Positions 38,387 to 52,819 of a stretch of DNA of 64,000 nt are shown piece after piece. The translations under genes were made by a program, and so were the position numbers. The notes under the pieces are model-generated. The model was not told the DNA's origin. It ran no database searches and saw only the letters and a list, made by a program, of their open reading frames with translations. Position 1 is the first letter of the stretch. Each line of letters starts with the position of its first letter. Source of the stretch: Eledone cirrhosa (taxonomy: Eukaryota); the NCBI GenBank assembly GCA_964016885.1, contig OZ024740.1:208258001-208322000 (forward strand). Direction: 5' to 3'.

Positions 38387-38489
38387 TAATAACAACAATA
38401 ATAATAACGACAACAACAATAATAATATACATATACATATACATATACACATACACGCACACACATAAGCATATCTACAAACACACACA

Positions 38490-40412
38490 CACACGATATC
38501 AACTAACAGCGCTGCGACCGAATGTGGCTTTTTAGCCCAGCCAATGATCTAAAATGTCTTGCACAGAGTCGGCATCCACAACATTCACTGGGAATAGTCG
38601 GCTGTGGTTGGAGTTCGTGTACTTTTGCATGTCGCTTGAGCCCTCCTGCTGATTTACATTCTCTACCACATGTTTGGCAAGCATGATGAGTAGCATCTCC
38701 AACAGCAGCCTGGTAGTCAACCACTGGTCTTACTTTATGACTGCGAAGATGACTTTCGAGTCCAGCTTTGCTTAGGCAGAGTCTCGCACATACGCTGCAT
38801 GTCACCACCATAGGAGGACCCTAGCCGTCTGGAAGTGCAACAGCAATGCCCTTCCTCACATCCCGCTTTACTTTCTCGTATGCGATTCGAGATGCCTCAA
38901 AAGCAACTTTTCCCTCATATACAGTCTTTCTCCATTTATTACGATCAGCAGCAATATTCTCCCATGTATCAGCAGAGATGTTAGCGTCTTTCAGAGAGGC
39001 TTTCAAGGAATCCTTATACCTCTTTTTTGGTTTATGTGGCGGTCGTTTTCCTTTAACCAACTCTCCATAAAAGAGTTGTTTTGGTATTCTAGAATCCTTC
39101 ATCCTGGCAAGGTGACCACTCCAACGGAGTCGTTGCTTAAGCACAAGAGCTTCTATACTGTCACACATAGAGCTTTCCAAAATCTCGACATCACTGATGT
39201 GGTCCCTCCAGTGAACGCCATGGATCCGTCTGAGACACATCTGATGGAAACGCTCCAATTGCTTAAGGTGGTGTCGATATGTGACCCAGGTCTCGCAGGC
39301 ATAAAGAAGACAAGAGAGCACACATGCCCTGTACACCTTTACCTTTGTCCTGCTGCCTATGTCTTGCCGACCCCAGAGTCGCCTTTCTAGCTTTCCGAAA
39401 GCATCACTTGCTTTCCTAATCCTAAGTGAGATTTCACTGTCAAGGTTGCTGTATCGATTGACAGTGCTTCCCAGGTAGACAAACTGATCAACCACTCCAA
39501 GTCGTTTGCCATACACATAGATGTTTGGTTCAGTGTACTGCTTACCAGGGGCAGGTTGGTACATGACGACGGTTTTCTTGAGACTGACAGTCAGACCTAG
39601 GGTAGTGCAAGCGTCAGAAAATGCATTCACAATGTGCTGCATATCACTCTCTGTGTGCGCTACAAGATCGCAATCATCTGCATACAAGAGGTCTCTTATG
39701 ATTGATGTAAATACTTTTGTCTTCGCAGCAAAGCGCCTGATGTTAAATATGCTGCCTGAGGTTCGATATCGGATGTAAACACCATGCTCGCAATTCCTGA
39801 ATGCAATACAGAAAACCATTGCAAAGTATATGGCAAACAGGGTCGGTGCTGGAATATCCCCCTGTTTCACTCCATTTTTTACTGAGATAGGCTCCGACAT
39901 GTTACCCGGACATTAACCCAAGCCTTCATGTCGTCATGGAAAGACGTAACTAAAGCAAGGAACTTATCAGGGCAACCAAGTTTCTGGAGAACCTTCCATA
40001 ATGCATCTCTGTTAACAGTATCGAAAGCTTTTGTCAGATCGACAAAAACCTGATACAGATCCAAGCCTTGTTCCATGCACTTCTCCTGGAGCTGTCTAAC
40101 TGAGAAGATCATATCAGTAGTGCCGCGTCCAGCACGAAAACCAGATTGACTTTCAGGAAGAACACAATCTGCAATGTGTGTCAGCAGACGGTCCAGAAAC
40201 ACCCTACATAAAACTTTCCCTACGACAGAAAGCAATGATATACCTCTGTAGTTCCCACAATCGTTCCTGTTACACTTTCCCTTGTACAAGACCACCATTA
40301 CTGCATCTCTCCAGTCCTCAGGTACGGATTCATTAGCCCATATCCTGCCAAACAAAGAGTGAAGATGTTGCAGGAGTCTCTCACCACCATATTGTAGGAG
40401 CTCAGCACACAC
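38490..40412 (-). mobile_element. RTE-clade LINE, 5'-truncated, with three C-terminal C2H2 zinc fingers
   Basis: NYRGISLL, FVDLTKAFD, GVKQG, LYADD, YLGS, RLRWSGH, PKQLFYGEL; three CxxC..H fingers in 38503-38811; (GT)n tail. Confidence 0.92.
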
Positions 40413-40414
40413 TT

Positions 40415-40466
<52 letters not shown>

Positions 40467-40571
40467 CCGTCATTACTGATACAAGATTACAAGATTATGT
40501 CAACTGTTGACTTTCAAGAGTTTGTATAGTTGAAGCCGATCGTACTACAGTCCAGTATTATTATAATTGCT

Positions 40572-40720
40572 TTACAGCATAGAGTTATGGCTCTCCACGC
40601 TCTGAGCTTAAATCCCGCCGAGGTCAACCTTGCCTTTCATCCCCACGGAATCAACAAAAGAGAGTACCAGTGATGCGCTGGGCCAGTCGCTGGATCCGTG
40701 CCAAAAGCAGAAAAATTATT
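40572..40720 (+). mobile_element. OR/OK-type SINE, degenerate
   Basis: AAATCCCGCCGAGGTCAACCTTGCCTTTCATCC...GTACCAG. Confidence 0.7.
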
Positions 40721-41466
40721 ATTAAAATTGTTTTCTTAAGGCCCGGTCGCTGATGATGGTGATGGCGGCGGCGGTAGTAGTGGTGGTGGTGGCAGTTGAT
40801 GTTGTTGTTGTGTTGTGTGCGTGTGTGTGTGTTTTGTTATTTTGAGTTGTTCTTTTTTTTAAGTTTTTTTTTTAATCTTTTGATGCCGCTGTTGTTGTTG
40901 TTGTTGTTGTTGTAAATGTTCATTTCAGTTCATTCTGAAGCTGTTGTTGCTGTAAACATTAGTGCCGGTGTTGTTGTTGTAGATGTTGGGGTTGAAATCT
41001 GGTCGTTTGACTGAGTGATGTATATACACACATATACATATATATATATATACACACATTCAACAGAGAGTAGAGAGTTTGACAACAGGTCGATGACTTT
41101 AGTCTAGATAGGGTAATGACATGTGATGGTGGGGAGAGAGTGTAGAAGTTATTGTGGTGGCGGGGGACAGTGCGATGTATCTAGTTCATTTGACCGTTTT
41201 CTTCTCTTTGCAAAATTTGAATTTTAGCCATGTTATATTGAGATGTAAGTAAATGTAAAATATAAATAAGGATTGCTCTGCTAAAATATACTAAAATATT
41301 TGTGTAACTTCCACAAACTTCTGTCGTGACATTCCCGAGTCCAGTGACCAATAAATTGTTGTATTTTGATGTTTCAGAATACAAAAATTAATTAAAAACT
41401 TACCCCACGAAAAGACAGCGTGTGTTGTCCTATCTATAAGCTCCCTTACATACATACATACATACA

Positions 41467-44400
41467 ACGCGATCAGTCGCATATTTTGGCGTGGGAGACT
41501 ATTTATTAAATTTAAGATAAATACTATCTCTGACAGTAATGCCACAACTACAGCCAGGTTGAATAACTGGTTATTCTTCTAACTATCCCTTCTGAAGACA
41601 CCTTTTATTCGAATTCGTAGAGATATCCGACGAAATACATAATTCATTTTACAAGGATTTGCTACAAATAGCATGGCTGAACACAACATCAACAAGAAAA
41701 TTAAGGAAGTATCGAAGACAAATAACAAAGAAGGTAATCAAACTTTATTCAGTTGTAGCTACAGAAGAAACCGAAATTATAAATCGCATTTCTCTTGGAG
41801 TTGCGAACTTAATAATGATTTATTTAATTGTTATAAAATGGCAAACACAAATCTCTCCATTGGCTATATGAACAGAATGAAGCTACACTGGGACGAAATA
41901 CACCCAGAGCTAAATTATTTCACAGCGAAACAATTACGCCAACAAACGACGTTTGTTGAACGTAAAAATAAGATAAATATTATTAATTGTAAGTCCCCCA
42001 CAACAAACATGGAATCAACAACACGTGCTACAGATCGCCATGTTACTAGACTTCCTAGCAGCCAGGTCGAACAGCGCCTTGAAACAACTATGCCTGTACC
42101 ATCTAAGTCTACCTCGAATGCTGGGGAAAAAACACTATCGATAATAATAATAATCGAAGAAATAATAATAATAATCGAATAAATGTGACACCACGTATAC
42201 CATCTGAGTCTACCTGGACTGTTGTGGAAAATACTATCGATAATGATAATCAAAAGTATAAACAATTGAAAATTTCCCTCAACGAAATCTTCCAGAGAGA
42301 AATTAACTCATGTATAAATATCTCTCTGGCTGAACGTGTTAAAATGACAATGGTGAATAAAAAACCAAATAATGAAATACTACGTGTTATTGACGAAATA
42401 GGGATGAATATTTACGACGGATAAAAACCCCAACATTTTGGCAAATCAACGCCTGTTTATATGCCTTAGCAATGACAGTGAAGCATTATCTTGGTGATAG
42501 CAGAGATATTAACAAGAACAAAACACCACCAAATATACCATCATATATAACTAAAATAGAAAAAAAGAGTGCTGACCTACGAAAAAACATAGGACATGTG
42601 ATAATGCTCCTTACATGCAAACAAACACAAAAAAACCTCACTCCTCACCAACAAAGAGTGAAAAATAAAATAGAGACGATGTTTCGTAAAAGTAGAACCA
42701 GAACTCTCCAATATAAGCTGATCACCCTCAAACAAGAATTAAGAGCTGTTAGCGAAAAACGCCGATACCTGAAGAAGGTAGATGAGAGAAAAATGCTTAA
42801 TAAAAGATTCAGACGAAACCAAACATCAGCCTATAGAGATATGAAGGGCAAAATAATAAGTGTCACTGAGGCCCCATCCCAGAAAGACATAGATTCCTTT
42901 TGGAGAAAAATATGGGGTGAAAAGAAGAATTTCAACCAAGATGCAGTGTGGCTAAGAGAAATCCGAAAGAACTATCGCTCCTACACTACAACAAAAACAT
43001 ACCAAATAAGTGAGGGTACCCTTGAGACTGTGATAGGAAAACCCCAAGATAAGAAAACACCAGGAAGAGACAAGATTGTCGACTACTGGTACAAAAAAAT
43101 AATATTCTATCGTAGGTATCTTACTGACCTCTACCAACAAGTTCTTAAGGGAGATACACCTATACCAGAATGGTTGACATTAGCACAAACGTTACTGGTC
43201 CACAAGAACAAAGACACCCACTTGGCAAAAGACTACCGACCCATTGCATGCCAGAACCTGATGTATAAGATGTATACAGCCTGCCTGAACCTATTCCTCC
43301 AATATCACTGTGAAAATAATAACATCATCACAGATGGAACAAGCAGCTGGAAAGAAAAGGGTTTAGGGATATGCTGAACAACTCCTAATCAACAAAACTG
43401 CGATGTCGGAGGTACGACAACTTAGGAGGAATATGACTACAGTCTGGCTGGACTACAAGAAAGCTTTCGATTCTGTTCCCCACTCTTGGATGATAGAGGC
43501 CCTCCAACTTGCTAAAGTCCCAGACATTATTGTCAGAGCCATAGAGAGGCTGTCTTCTTATTGGGCTACTATCCTAAGGTTAAAGACAGAGAGGGAGGAC
43601 TCTATTTTCACTGATAAAATAAAATATTTCAGGGGTATAATTCAGGGGGACAGTCTCTCTGTGATATTGTTCATCTTGTCATTAAACCCCTTGTCCTTTC
43701 TGCTCAAGATATGTGAGGGATACATCATTGGCTCACAGGAGAACAGAAATACGAACCTAACCCATAACTTCTTTGTGGACGATCTGAAACTCTATGCCAA
43801 GAACATGGATGGGATGAAGAAAAATCTTGACCTGGTTACAACGTTCTCAAAGGATATAGGATTGGAGTTTGGCCAAGATAAATGCTCATACATGACTGTA
43901 AAGCGGGGAAAAACAACAACCCAATCTAGCAACATTGTCATCCATGGTCTAACTGTTTCACCGATATCTGATGAGGACTGCTACAGATACCTGGGGATAG
44001 ATGAGAACATATCCTATAATGGTATCTGTAATAAAGAACGCGTAACCAGGGAATACTACACCCGATTAAGAAAGATCTGGTCATCGGAACTCTCTGTGCA
44101 AAACAAAACAGTGGCTCACAATGTGTTTGCTGTGCCTGTCCTAACACCAACGTTTGGAATACTCAATTGGACGATAGACGAAATCCGAGCAGTTGATGTT
44201 GGAACTCGAAAAATACTGAACAACACCGGAAACTTCCACATCAACAGTGACATAGACCGCCTTTACTTGAAACGTAAGCAGGGAGGCAGAGGCCTAACAT
44301 CAGTCCAGACAACATTTGAATGTCGCATCATATCTCTCCGACAACATCTACGAACCTCGAAGCGTAGGAGCTCGCTTCTCGAGCAAGTCTATCTGCATGA

Positions 44401-45520
44401 AACAGATAAGATCATGAGAGTTGAGAAGGAACTCCTTGGGAGATATTCCCTGTATGATAATCAAAAACTCACACCCAGGGATGTCGCTCAGCAGTATCGC
44501 AGTGAATCCATAGGTGAAAAACTGCATGCTTATCAGCAAAAAATCATGCATGGATATGTTGCCAGGAAGCTCCAGAGTGAGAGTAATGTAGATAAGGAAA
44601 GTAGTCTATCTTGGACCAACAACCGCTATATTGGCTCCCACTTTGAAGGATACGCTTTTGCAATCCAAGAACAGGCGATTAACACGAAATACCTGATTCA
44701 CAAAAGAGATAGGGGTGCAAGCAAAACACCTAGATGTGATAACAAGTGCAGACTCTGCAGGACTAACATCGAGGATATCATCCATGTCATCAGCAGTTGT
44801 CCAAAGATGTCATCGCGGTACTATCTACCTATGAGGCAAGATGTAGTGGCCAAAACACTGTACAATGCAGTTCGTAAAAAAGATAGCCCCGATAACAAAC
44901 ACATTAAAAGCTACAACAATGTGGAAGACATCCATGTACATAATATGAAAGAGTACTGGTGGAATGTTCCAGTAAAACCCCAATAAAATGCAGGCATAAC
45001 AGACCCGATATTATGATATGGGACAGGGAGAAGAACATATACACAGTAGTGGAAATTAGCCAATATAATATCAAAGATTAGTGAAAAGGAGAATATTTAT
45101 GCAGAACTGATGAGAAATCTGCAGATACTCCACCCTGATTACACCTTCAGATTTATGCCTGTGATTATTGGAGCACTGGGATATGTTAGTAACTGCCTCA
45201 ATACAAATCTTGAGAAGCTAGGCTTCACAGGAACAGAAATAACACAACTAGTTAGGAAATTACAAGTACAATCCATTAATGGAACAGTAAAAATATGTAA
45301 AACATTCCATCTAATAACTGCATATACACATGTACAGATACAAAACATCTCAAAATATACACATCCACACATACAATAACATCCATATCTACACATGCAT
45401 GCATACATAATCTACCTAGTTGATGTTATGTAAATTCCAATGAGAGAGTCTTGTGTCTATGTTAGAAATCGACTCTCTCTCTATTGGTAAAACTTTGTGA
45501 AATTATAAAACCAGAAGAAC
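41467..45520 (+). mobile_element. R4/Dong-clade non-LTR retrotransposon (RT + CCHC + restriction-like endonuclease), near full length, frameshifted
   Basis: YRPIAC, WLDYKKAFDSVPH, QGDSLS, FVDDLKLY, GGRGL, CRLC..H..C, NRPDI..VVEIS; (CATA)n at both ends. Confidence 0.9.
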
Positions 45521-45529
45521 ATACATACA

Positions 45530-48160
45530 GTAAAAAAAGGTTAGAGACGATTTGGAAATACAAAATTTAAAACTTTGAACTCCAAATTACACCAGTTGAA
45601 ACAACAACTCACAGCTACAACAGAAAGACTAAAATATAAGTCAACAGCCCATAAACGACAAGTGCTAAATAGATTGTTTGCCAGAGATCCTAAATCAGTT
45701 TATCGCAGCTTCGGTGGCAAAAGCTCAATCTCTGTAAATGACACCCCTTCAAAAGAACAGGTTGAGAGCTACTGGAGATCTGTATGGGACTACTGCCAAC
45801 ATGTCCAGACAAAACAATATGACATAGATGGGTCAATACTGGAAACAGCTCTACAGAAAATGTCGAATAGGAAATCACCAGGCCCAGACCTCATTACAGG
45901 ATACTGGTTGAAGAATTTCACTTTCTATCGGCAAGATCTCATACGGCTGTTTACAGAAACCATTAAAGGCACACAAGAACTGCCCAGATGGTTATCAACT
46001 GCCACTACTCTCCTCATTCCCCAAAATAGCCAAACCACCCTTGCTAAAAATTACCGCCCAATAGCCTGCCAAAACATCATGTATAAATTATATACTGGGT
46101 GCCTTAACCTGTTCTTACATGATTACTGTGCTACCAACAACATCATAACACCTGAGCAAGCTGGTGGAAAGATGGAGGTGTGGGGGTTGCATAGATCACC
46201 TACTAACTAATAAAATGATTCAAGAAAAAACAACAAAGACTCGCAGAAACATGACTGTGGTGTGGCTGGACTATCAAAAAGCATTTGATAGTGTACCTCA
46301 TGGGTGGATTGTTAAGGCTTTACAGTTAGCCAAAGTCCCACAACCACTGGTAGCTGCTGTTGAACGTCTGACCAAGAACTGATACACCAATTTGATCCTT
46401 AGAGGTGAGAAGGAGCAAGTTAAGACTGATAAGATACATTACCAGAAGGGCATCTTTCAGGGTGATAGTTTGTGAGTGCTACTCTTCGTTCTCTCACTAA
46501 ATCCACTATCTTACCTACTCAGGAAACAAGGTGGACAAAGAAGTGGGTCCAGAAGTATCTCCCATCTTTTCTTTGTTGATGACCTGAAGTTGTATGGGCC
46601 AAATATCAATGACATCAAGAAACAATTGGACCTCATTACACAATTTTCAACAGACATCAAAATGAAATTTGGTGAGTCCAAGTGTGCATATTTGGCAGTA
46701 AAACGTGGAAGAGCTATGCCCTCCTCTAGAAATCTAGAGATGAACGGCCTGACAATACAACCTCTACAGTCAGGTGACAACCACAGATATCTTGGACAGG
46801 ATGAGAATGTCAGATATGATGGACCTATAAATAAGGAAAGAACCAGAACTGAATACCACAGAAGATATACCACAGAAAATATGGTCATCAGAACTGTCAG
46901 CGTACAACAAATACATTGCCCACAATACTTATGCTGTGCCAATTCTAACGCCAACATTTGGCCTGCTGAACTGGTCATTGCAAAACTAAGTGAGATGGAT
47001 GTTAGAACTCGCAAACTTCTCAGTGTTACTGGGAACTTTAACATCAATGGTGATGTGGATAGGCTATACTTCTGACGCAAGGAAGGTGGCCTGGGTCTAA
47101 AATCCATATTAACATCATATGAGACCCGGATAGTAACACTGAAGCAACACCTTCAACAGAGGAAAAAGGTTGGCAACCATCTTGCCCAGGTTTATGAGCC
47201 TGAAAAAAAGTATATCATTAGAATAGCCACTGATCTGGAGGAGAGATATGGAATAAAGCCTGATATAAATCTCTCACCCAGAGAAATCGGAAGATCCTAT
47301 TCAATGTTCAAACAAGATGAAAAAATTGACCAATTTACAGAAAAAGTTGTGCATGGATACTTGAGACGTAAAACACAGACCATAGAGGGTATAAACCACT
47401 CAAAAAGCCTGGCATGGAGTTCCAACAAGTTTATGACATCACACCTTGAGGGATATCTCTATGCAATACAGGAACAAGAAATGTCTACCAAATATCTGCT
47501 GCACAAAAGGGGAGGACCATCAGCTGACAATAAATGTAGGTTATGTAAAACAAAGATCGAGGATGTAAGCCACATTGTTGCCAGCTGCGAAAGAATGTCA
47601 TCTCGCTACTACCTCCCCATTAGACACGATGGGATAGCTAGAACCATCTGGAACGCACTTCGGAAAACAAAATTAACCACAAATGAGGAAGAATATATTG
47701 AGACAGGTGGCACTAAGGAATACTGGTGGAACCTGAAAATAAAAACTGCCACCAAATTAAAGCACAACCGGCCTGATATTGTTATTTGGGACCAGACATT
47801 GAAAACGTGTTCTGTTGTGGAGATCAGTTGCCCACTTGATGTAAACGTTGTCAGAAAAATACAGGAGAAGGAGGACATCTACGGACCATTGATGAGGAGT
47901 TTACAAATCCAGTATCCAAGATACACCTTTAGCTTCATACCCATCATTATTGGAGCTACGGGTTATATACCAACCCGCTTGGACCAAAGTATGACTGAAC
48001 TTGGATTTGCGGACAAAGAGCGCAGCTCCCTAATTCATAGTCTAAAAATGGCTGCGATAGCTGGCACCTTCAAAATTTGCAAAACATTCTTGCGATTCAA
48101 GGGATGACAATTTCTTTTCTTTTACAACCTTGCCACCAGGAAGGTGGCCGGTCAAAAAAA
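45530..48160 (+). mobile_element. Second, divergent R4/Dong-clade element, 5'-truncated, in tandem
   Basis: Same motif series in ORFs 45575-48107 (WLDYQKAFD, FVDDLKLY, CRLC, RHD, NRPDI, VEISCP); short A tail at ~48153-48159. Confidence 0.88.
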
Positions 48161-48363
48161 TATACTCGAAATTAAGAGAAAGAGATAACAGTATATGTAC
48201 AAATTAACGTTACTATATGCACAGTCACATCATCAACTTTTATGTATAAAGGTTTCGTACTTCAATAATTTAATGGACGAACATAAAAATTCAGAAAAGT
48301 TAGACTATAAACCCTATTTAGATAGAATGGGCAAGAATATCAGTTGAAAGTATATGTTTAGCT

Positions 48364-48439
<76 letters not shown>

Positions 48440-48939
48440 TTTTGTTTTATGTGCACACAGACAACACACATATATATATGTATATATTTATTTATGTATG
48501 TATGTACGTATGTATGACTGCATGTATGTATGTATGAATGTATGTATGTATATATATATATATATGTATATATGTATATATGTATATAGCGAGCGAGAGA
48601 GAGAATGAGAGAGACAGGGGGTGAGAAATTTATGTCTGTGAGTGGTTGTGTGTGTGTGAAAGAGAGAGAGGGGGGGACAGGAGGAATGTATGTCCACCGA
48701 CTTTGAACATCATATGCGGACTTTCCGTAGTAAGACTACGCCAATAAAACCGCCATTATATAAATATATATATAAAAATAAAAACAAATCGTAACTTACC
48801 ACCTCCCTTTGAACTACTCCCCACTTTCTCGATTCTGTCCCCTTGTGACTATTTATTGAATGCTATCAATATATTTACAGTTTAAAAACTGAAGGAATTG
48901 GAGCGTGAACATGATTTCATAAATCATGAAATTGTTTAC

Positions 48940-49710
48940 ACTAATGGCTGGCATATTGCTCTCTATAGCATATTATACTACATTACACTACACCACACTA
49001 CACCACACTATACTAATGGCTGGCATATTGCTCTCTGTACCATATAGCACTACATTACACTACACTACACCGCACTACACCACTCTACACCACACTACAC
49101 CACATTATACTACTCCCGCCGAGGTTAACTTTGCCTTTCATCCTAACGGGGTCGATAAAATAATGTACCAGTAATGCATTGGAATAATTGCTGGCCTTGT
49201 GCCAGTAGTAGAAACAATTATACTACACCACATTGTATCACACTACACTACACTACACCACTCTATACCTCACCACCCAACACCATACCATACTATACTA
49301 CACCACACTACATCACACCACAACACACTACACCACACCAAATTTCACCCCATTGCAGCACACACACTACACTTCACCACACTATACTAAACCACACTAC
49401 ATTACAGCAGACTCTACTACACCACACCATCCATCACTATACTCCTCTATACTCAACCACACTACGTTACACAAATGTATACTACAACACTCTAAACTAC
49501 ACCACACTACACTAAACAACACTACACTACACCACAGTAATTACACTACACTACATCATACCACATAACACTGCACCATACTACACCACGTTATATTAAA
49601 CCACACTACATTACACAAATTTATACTACAACAATCTACATTACACCACACTATACTACACCGAAGTATACCACACCACACCATTCTACACTGCACCACA
49701 CTACATCACA
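48940..49710. repeat. Degenerate (CACTA)n pentanucleotide repeat with an inserted SINE fragment (49114-49220)
   Basis: ACACTAC/ACCAC repeats; internal CCCGCCGAGGTTAACTTTGCCTTTCATCC. Confidence 0.85.
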
Positions 49711-49714
49711 GTCA

Positions 49715-49965
49715 ATATCAATAAATCAATCAATTTTCCGCAACTGGTGCAGTCAATTGTTGAGATGTCACTCTCGTTGCTTCCGCAGTCAGCCGTCACC
49801 ACTGGTCACTATTCTCCGTCATACGCAGAAGGGTCTCAGTGCTGGAGCCTGACCAGTCTTTGAAGTTGTTAGACCAGGGTTTCCTTTATCTACCTCTTCA
49901 TCGCCCTCCCTCGACAGAGCCTTGAAAGATGGTTTTAGACAGAGAGTCGTGGCCCTCCATACAGG
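49715..49965 (-). mobile_element. RTE-group LINE 3' fragment
   Basis: EGHDSLSKTIFQGSVEGGR*RGR...WSNNFKDWSG; (TTGA)n-like tail. Confidence 0.6.
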
Positions 49966-50199
49966 TAAACTCCCGTCTATTCGCCATCACAAGGAGTGGT
50001 TCCTGTTTGCCAGCGTATACGTAACTATCAATATCTATGTATCCGTGACTCCTGAAGGAATCGTAGGGGCACCATATTGACATGAAGCGTTTACTGGGAT
50101 TTTTTTAAAACCTGGTGAAGCCCATCTTCTCTCCATGTTTTTACACAACAGATCTCTCCAGAGAACGATAGAGAATAAGAGAAAGGAAGTGAGAAAGTG

Positions 50200-50360
50200 A
50201 TATAGAGGAAGAATCGACCTCAGTAATAGATTGGTATTGTTTTTATCGACCTCGAAGAGATGAAAGGTAAAGTTGGGCTTGGTGGGATTTGAACTCACAA
50301 CCAAAACGAATACCGCAAAGCACTCTATCCGACGTTTGAATAACTCTGTTAATTCGCTGC
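50200..50360 (-). mobile_element. OR/OK-type SINE, degenerate
   Basis: TTTTATCGACC...GATGAAAGGTAAAGTT...GGGATTTGAACTC. Confidence 0.65.
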
Positions 50361-50387
50361 CTACAGTTATCAGTTGGTGTCGTTGAC

Positions 50388-50600
50388 CCTAGGACCACCT
50401 CCCTATTCACCACCAGCGGCATGGACTTGGCTAACCGAAGGTGTGAGCCTCGCGAGTTGGAATGGCTCTTCCAACACATCTCCCTCAACATCCTCTGGGG
50501 AAACGCCTTCTCTATTCTCTCCACTGGGACCGCAGGGTGGCCAGAGCGTTGCCTCGGCCGCCTCCCCCCATTTGCTTATAATTGTGAGAGATGGGGAGAG
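50388..50600. repeat. Dispersed repeat, paralogue of 6705-6900
   Basis: Direct sequence similarity to 6705-6900. Confidence 0.7.
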
Positions 50601-51561
50601 TGAGACAGAGACAGTGAAAGTGTTCTATTACATCTTGTATGGTGTATGACCATGGTAATATTTATAGAATTGAGATATAGAAGCAATACATTTAAACGTA
50701 CACCTGTAGACAGTAGGAATAGTGTGCAGTTAACGAGTGCTCTGTTACTTTTTAATGCTGCTTTTGAGCCCTTTCTGAAAATTTGGCCTACAGACATAAT
50801 TTTGACACAGCCCATCTAGCTGTGTTAATGAAGACTGTGTAAGAGCATCGTAAGAAACTATAAATATTTACTGCTCTGTGTTATTAATGGGTGTTGTATT
50901 AGCAAGTGGTACTGAATTAAAATGTTCCTTAAGGTCACCAAGTCACTTAGAACCACTTAGAGGAAGGATACAAGAAGTATTTAACCTTAGATTTCTAATG
51001 AGAACATTATTCCTTCAATTTACACATCATCATCACCATCATAACTACCACAACCAGTCACCACCAATCACTACCATCATTCTCCCCACCACTACCACAC
51101 TACCAACAGCAGATACAGAGATAGGACTATTCACTCCATCTCACATAGTATCACCGTCCATAACAACCTCCTCTGATGGAAAACTTGCCAAAGCTCATTA
51201 GTTCCCATACGAAAGAAGTTAAGTTCCCATCCGTTCTACGTCTGTGTGTCGCAACTATGTGAAAGCAAAGTCAGTGAAAAATAAAAGTGAATGGAGACGA
51301 TGTTTGTTTAGTGATACAGTTTAGCAATACAGTTTAATAATAGTTGCTGGTGTTTAATAGTTGCTGGTGTTTACACAAACACTAACAACACAATTGACGT
51401 CTGTAGCTTTTATATAACACACACCATCTTATCTCTCTCACTCACTCTCTTCTACTTACTTATATGAACACAAACACACACAGGCAAACAGACACACACA
51501 CACATATTTATATATATATATATACTCACACACACACACTCGCGTGCATATATATACACAT

Positions 51562-51604
<43 letters not shown>

Positions 51605-51811
51605 CATGTGAGTGTGTGTGTGACTCCGGGTTCACGCGAGGGTAACCACAGTTACCTTGGCCAATGACCTCAACCCATTCCCCCAAATCCCCACACCTTC
51701 TCCAACCACCAGAAAACATTAATACAACGGTTTTACAAGTACAGTGGGTTTTCCCGATGATTTCTTTTGAATGAAACAATTTTAGACCTGTAGAAGCCAT
51801 TTCTATATTAA

Positions 51812-51879
<68 letters not shown>

Positions 51880-52265
51880 CTATAACAGAGGGGGTTAGTC
51901 GGTGTAGCAGTCAAAGTCCCGGTAAACCAAAGAGGGGACCTAATGAATCTCACCCTAGAAAAGCCTTTCATCAGCACACTTGACTTTTAAGAGGAGCTTC
52001 CGTCGCCCCCTCCCCGCGTCGGAAAGCAATGATTCTTCATCTTGTAATTTTTTTTCACGAAGCAACAATAAACTTTTAGGGTCGTATATATATATATACA
52101 TACATATATATACACATATATATATATATACATTTTATATATATATATATATATAGTAATAATAATAAATTTCAAGACTAAAATCCAAAGAGAGCTCGAT
52201 AAGGATAAATATATATCAAATATATAAGAACCGTACAGCAAATATTTATTAAAATAACAGATTAA

Positions 52266-52316
52266 AGTTTAAGCAAAGAATCGCTGCTTTCACCCTTAAC
52301 GGGATCTTCTGAAACT
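52266..52316 (-). ncRNA. Hammerhead-like motif with CAGAAGA core (copy 2)
   Basis: Near-identical to 26789-26839. Confidence 0.5.
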
Positions 52317-52335
52317 AACTCTGTTATTTTAATAA

Positions 52336-52426
<91 letters not shown>

Positions 52427-52486
52427 ATTATATATATATATATTATATATATATATATTATATATATATATATATATATACATATG

Positions 52487-52584
<98 letters not shown>

Positions 52585-52819
52585 GAACGTCAGAAGCTAC
52601 ATTTTAATTTGTTATTCGAGGCATTTATTCATCCAGAGTGTTCTATAATAAATTAGAAATTGTTTAGAGGCACGCCCAGTATCCATGGGAAATAAATGAT
52701 CGGAAGTAATGAATTTCGTATATATATGAGGGGAGTACGTATATCTTAGGGAAACTCTCCGGGATATCTATATGTGTCTGCCACTACTCAGATCTCCAGT
52801 TGGTATAGCAAGCGACATA

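Noticed and set aside
37013-38494. 493-aa ORF as an intact gene or an RTE-Tx1 fusion protein
   Set aside because: The N-terminus is translated microsatellite in front of a 5'-truncated Tx1 ORF2; the RTE frame stops at 38503.
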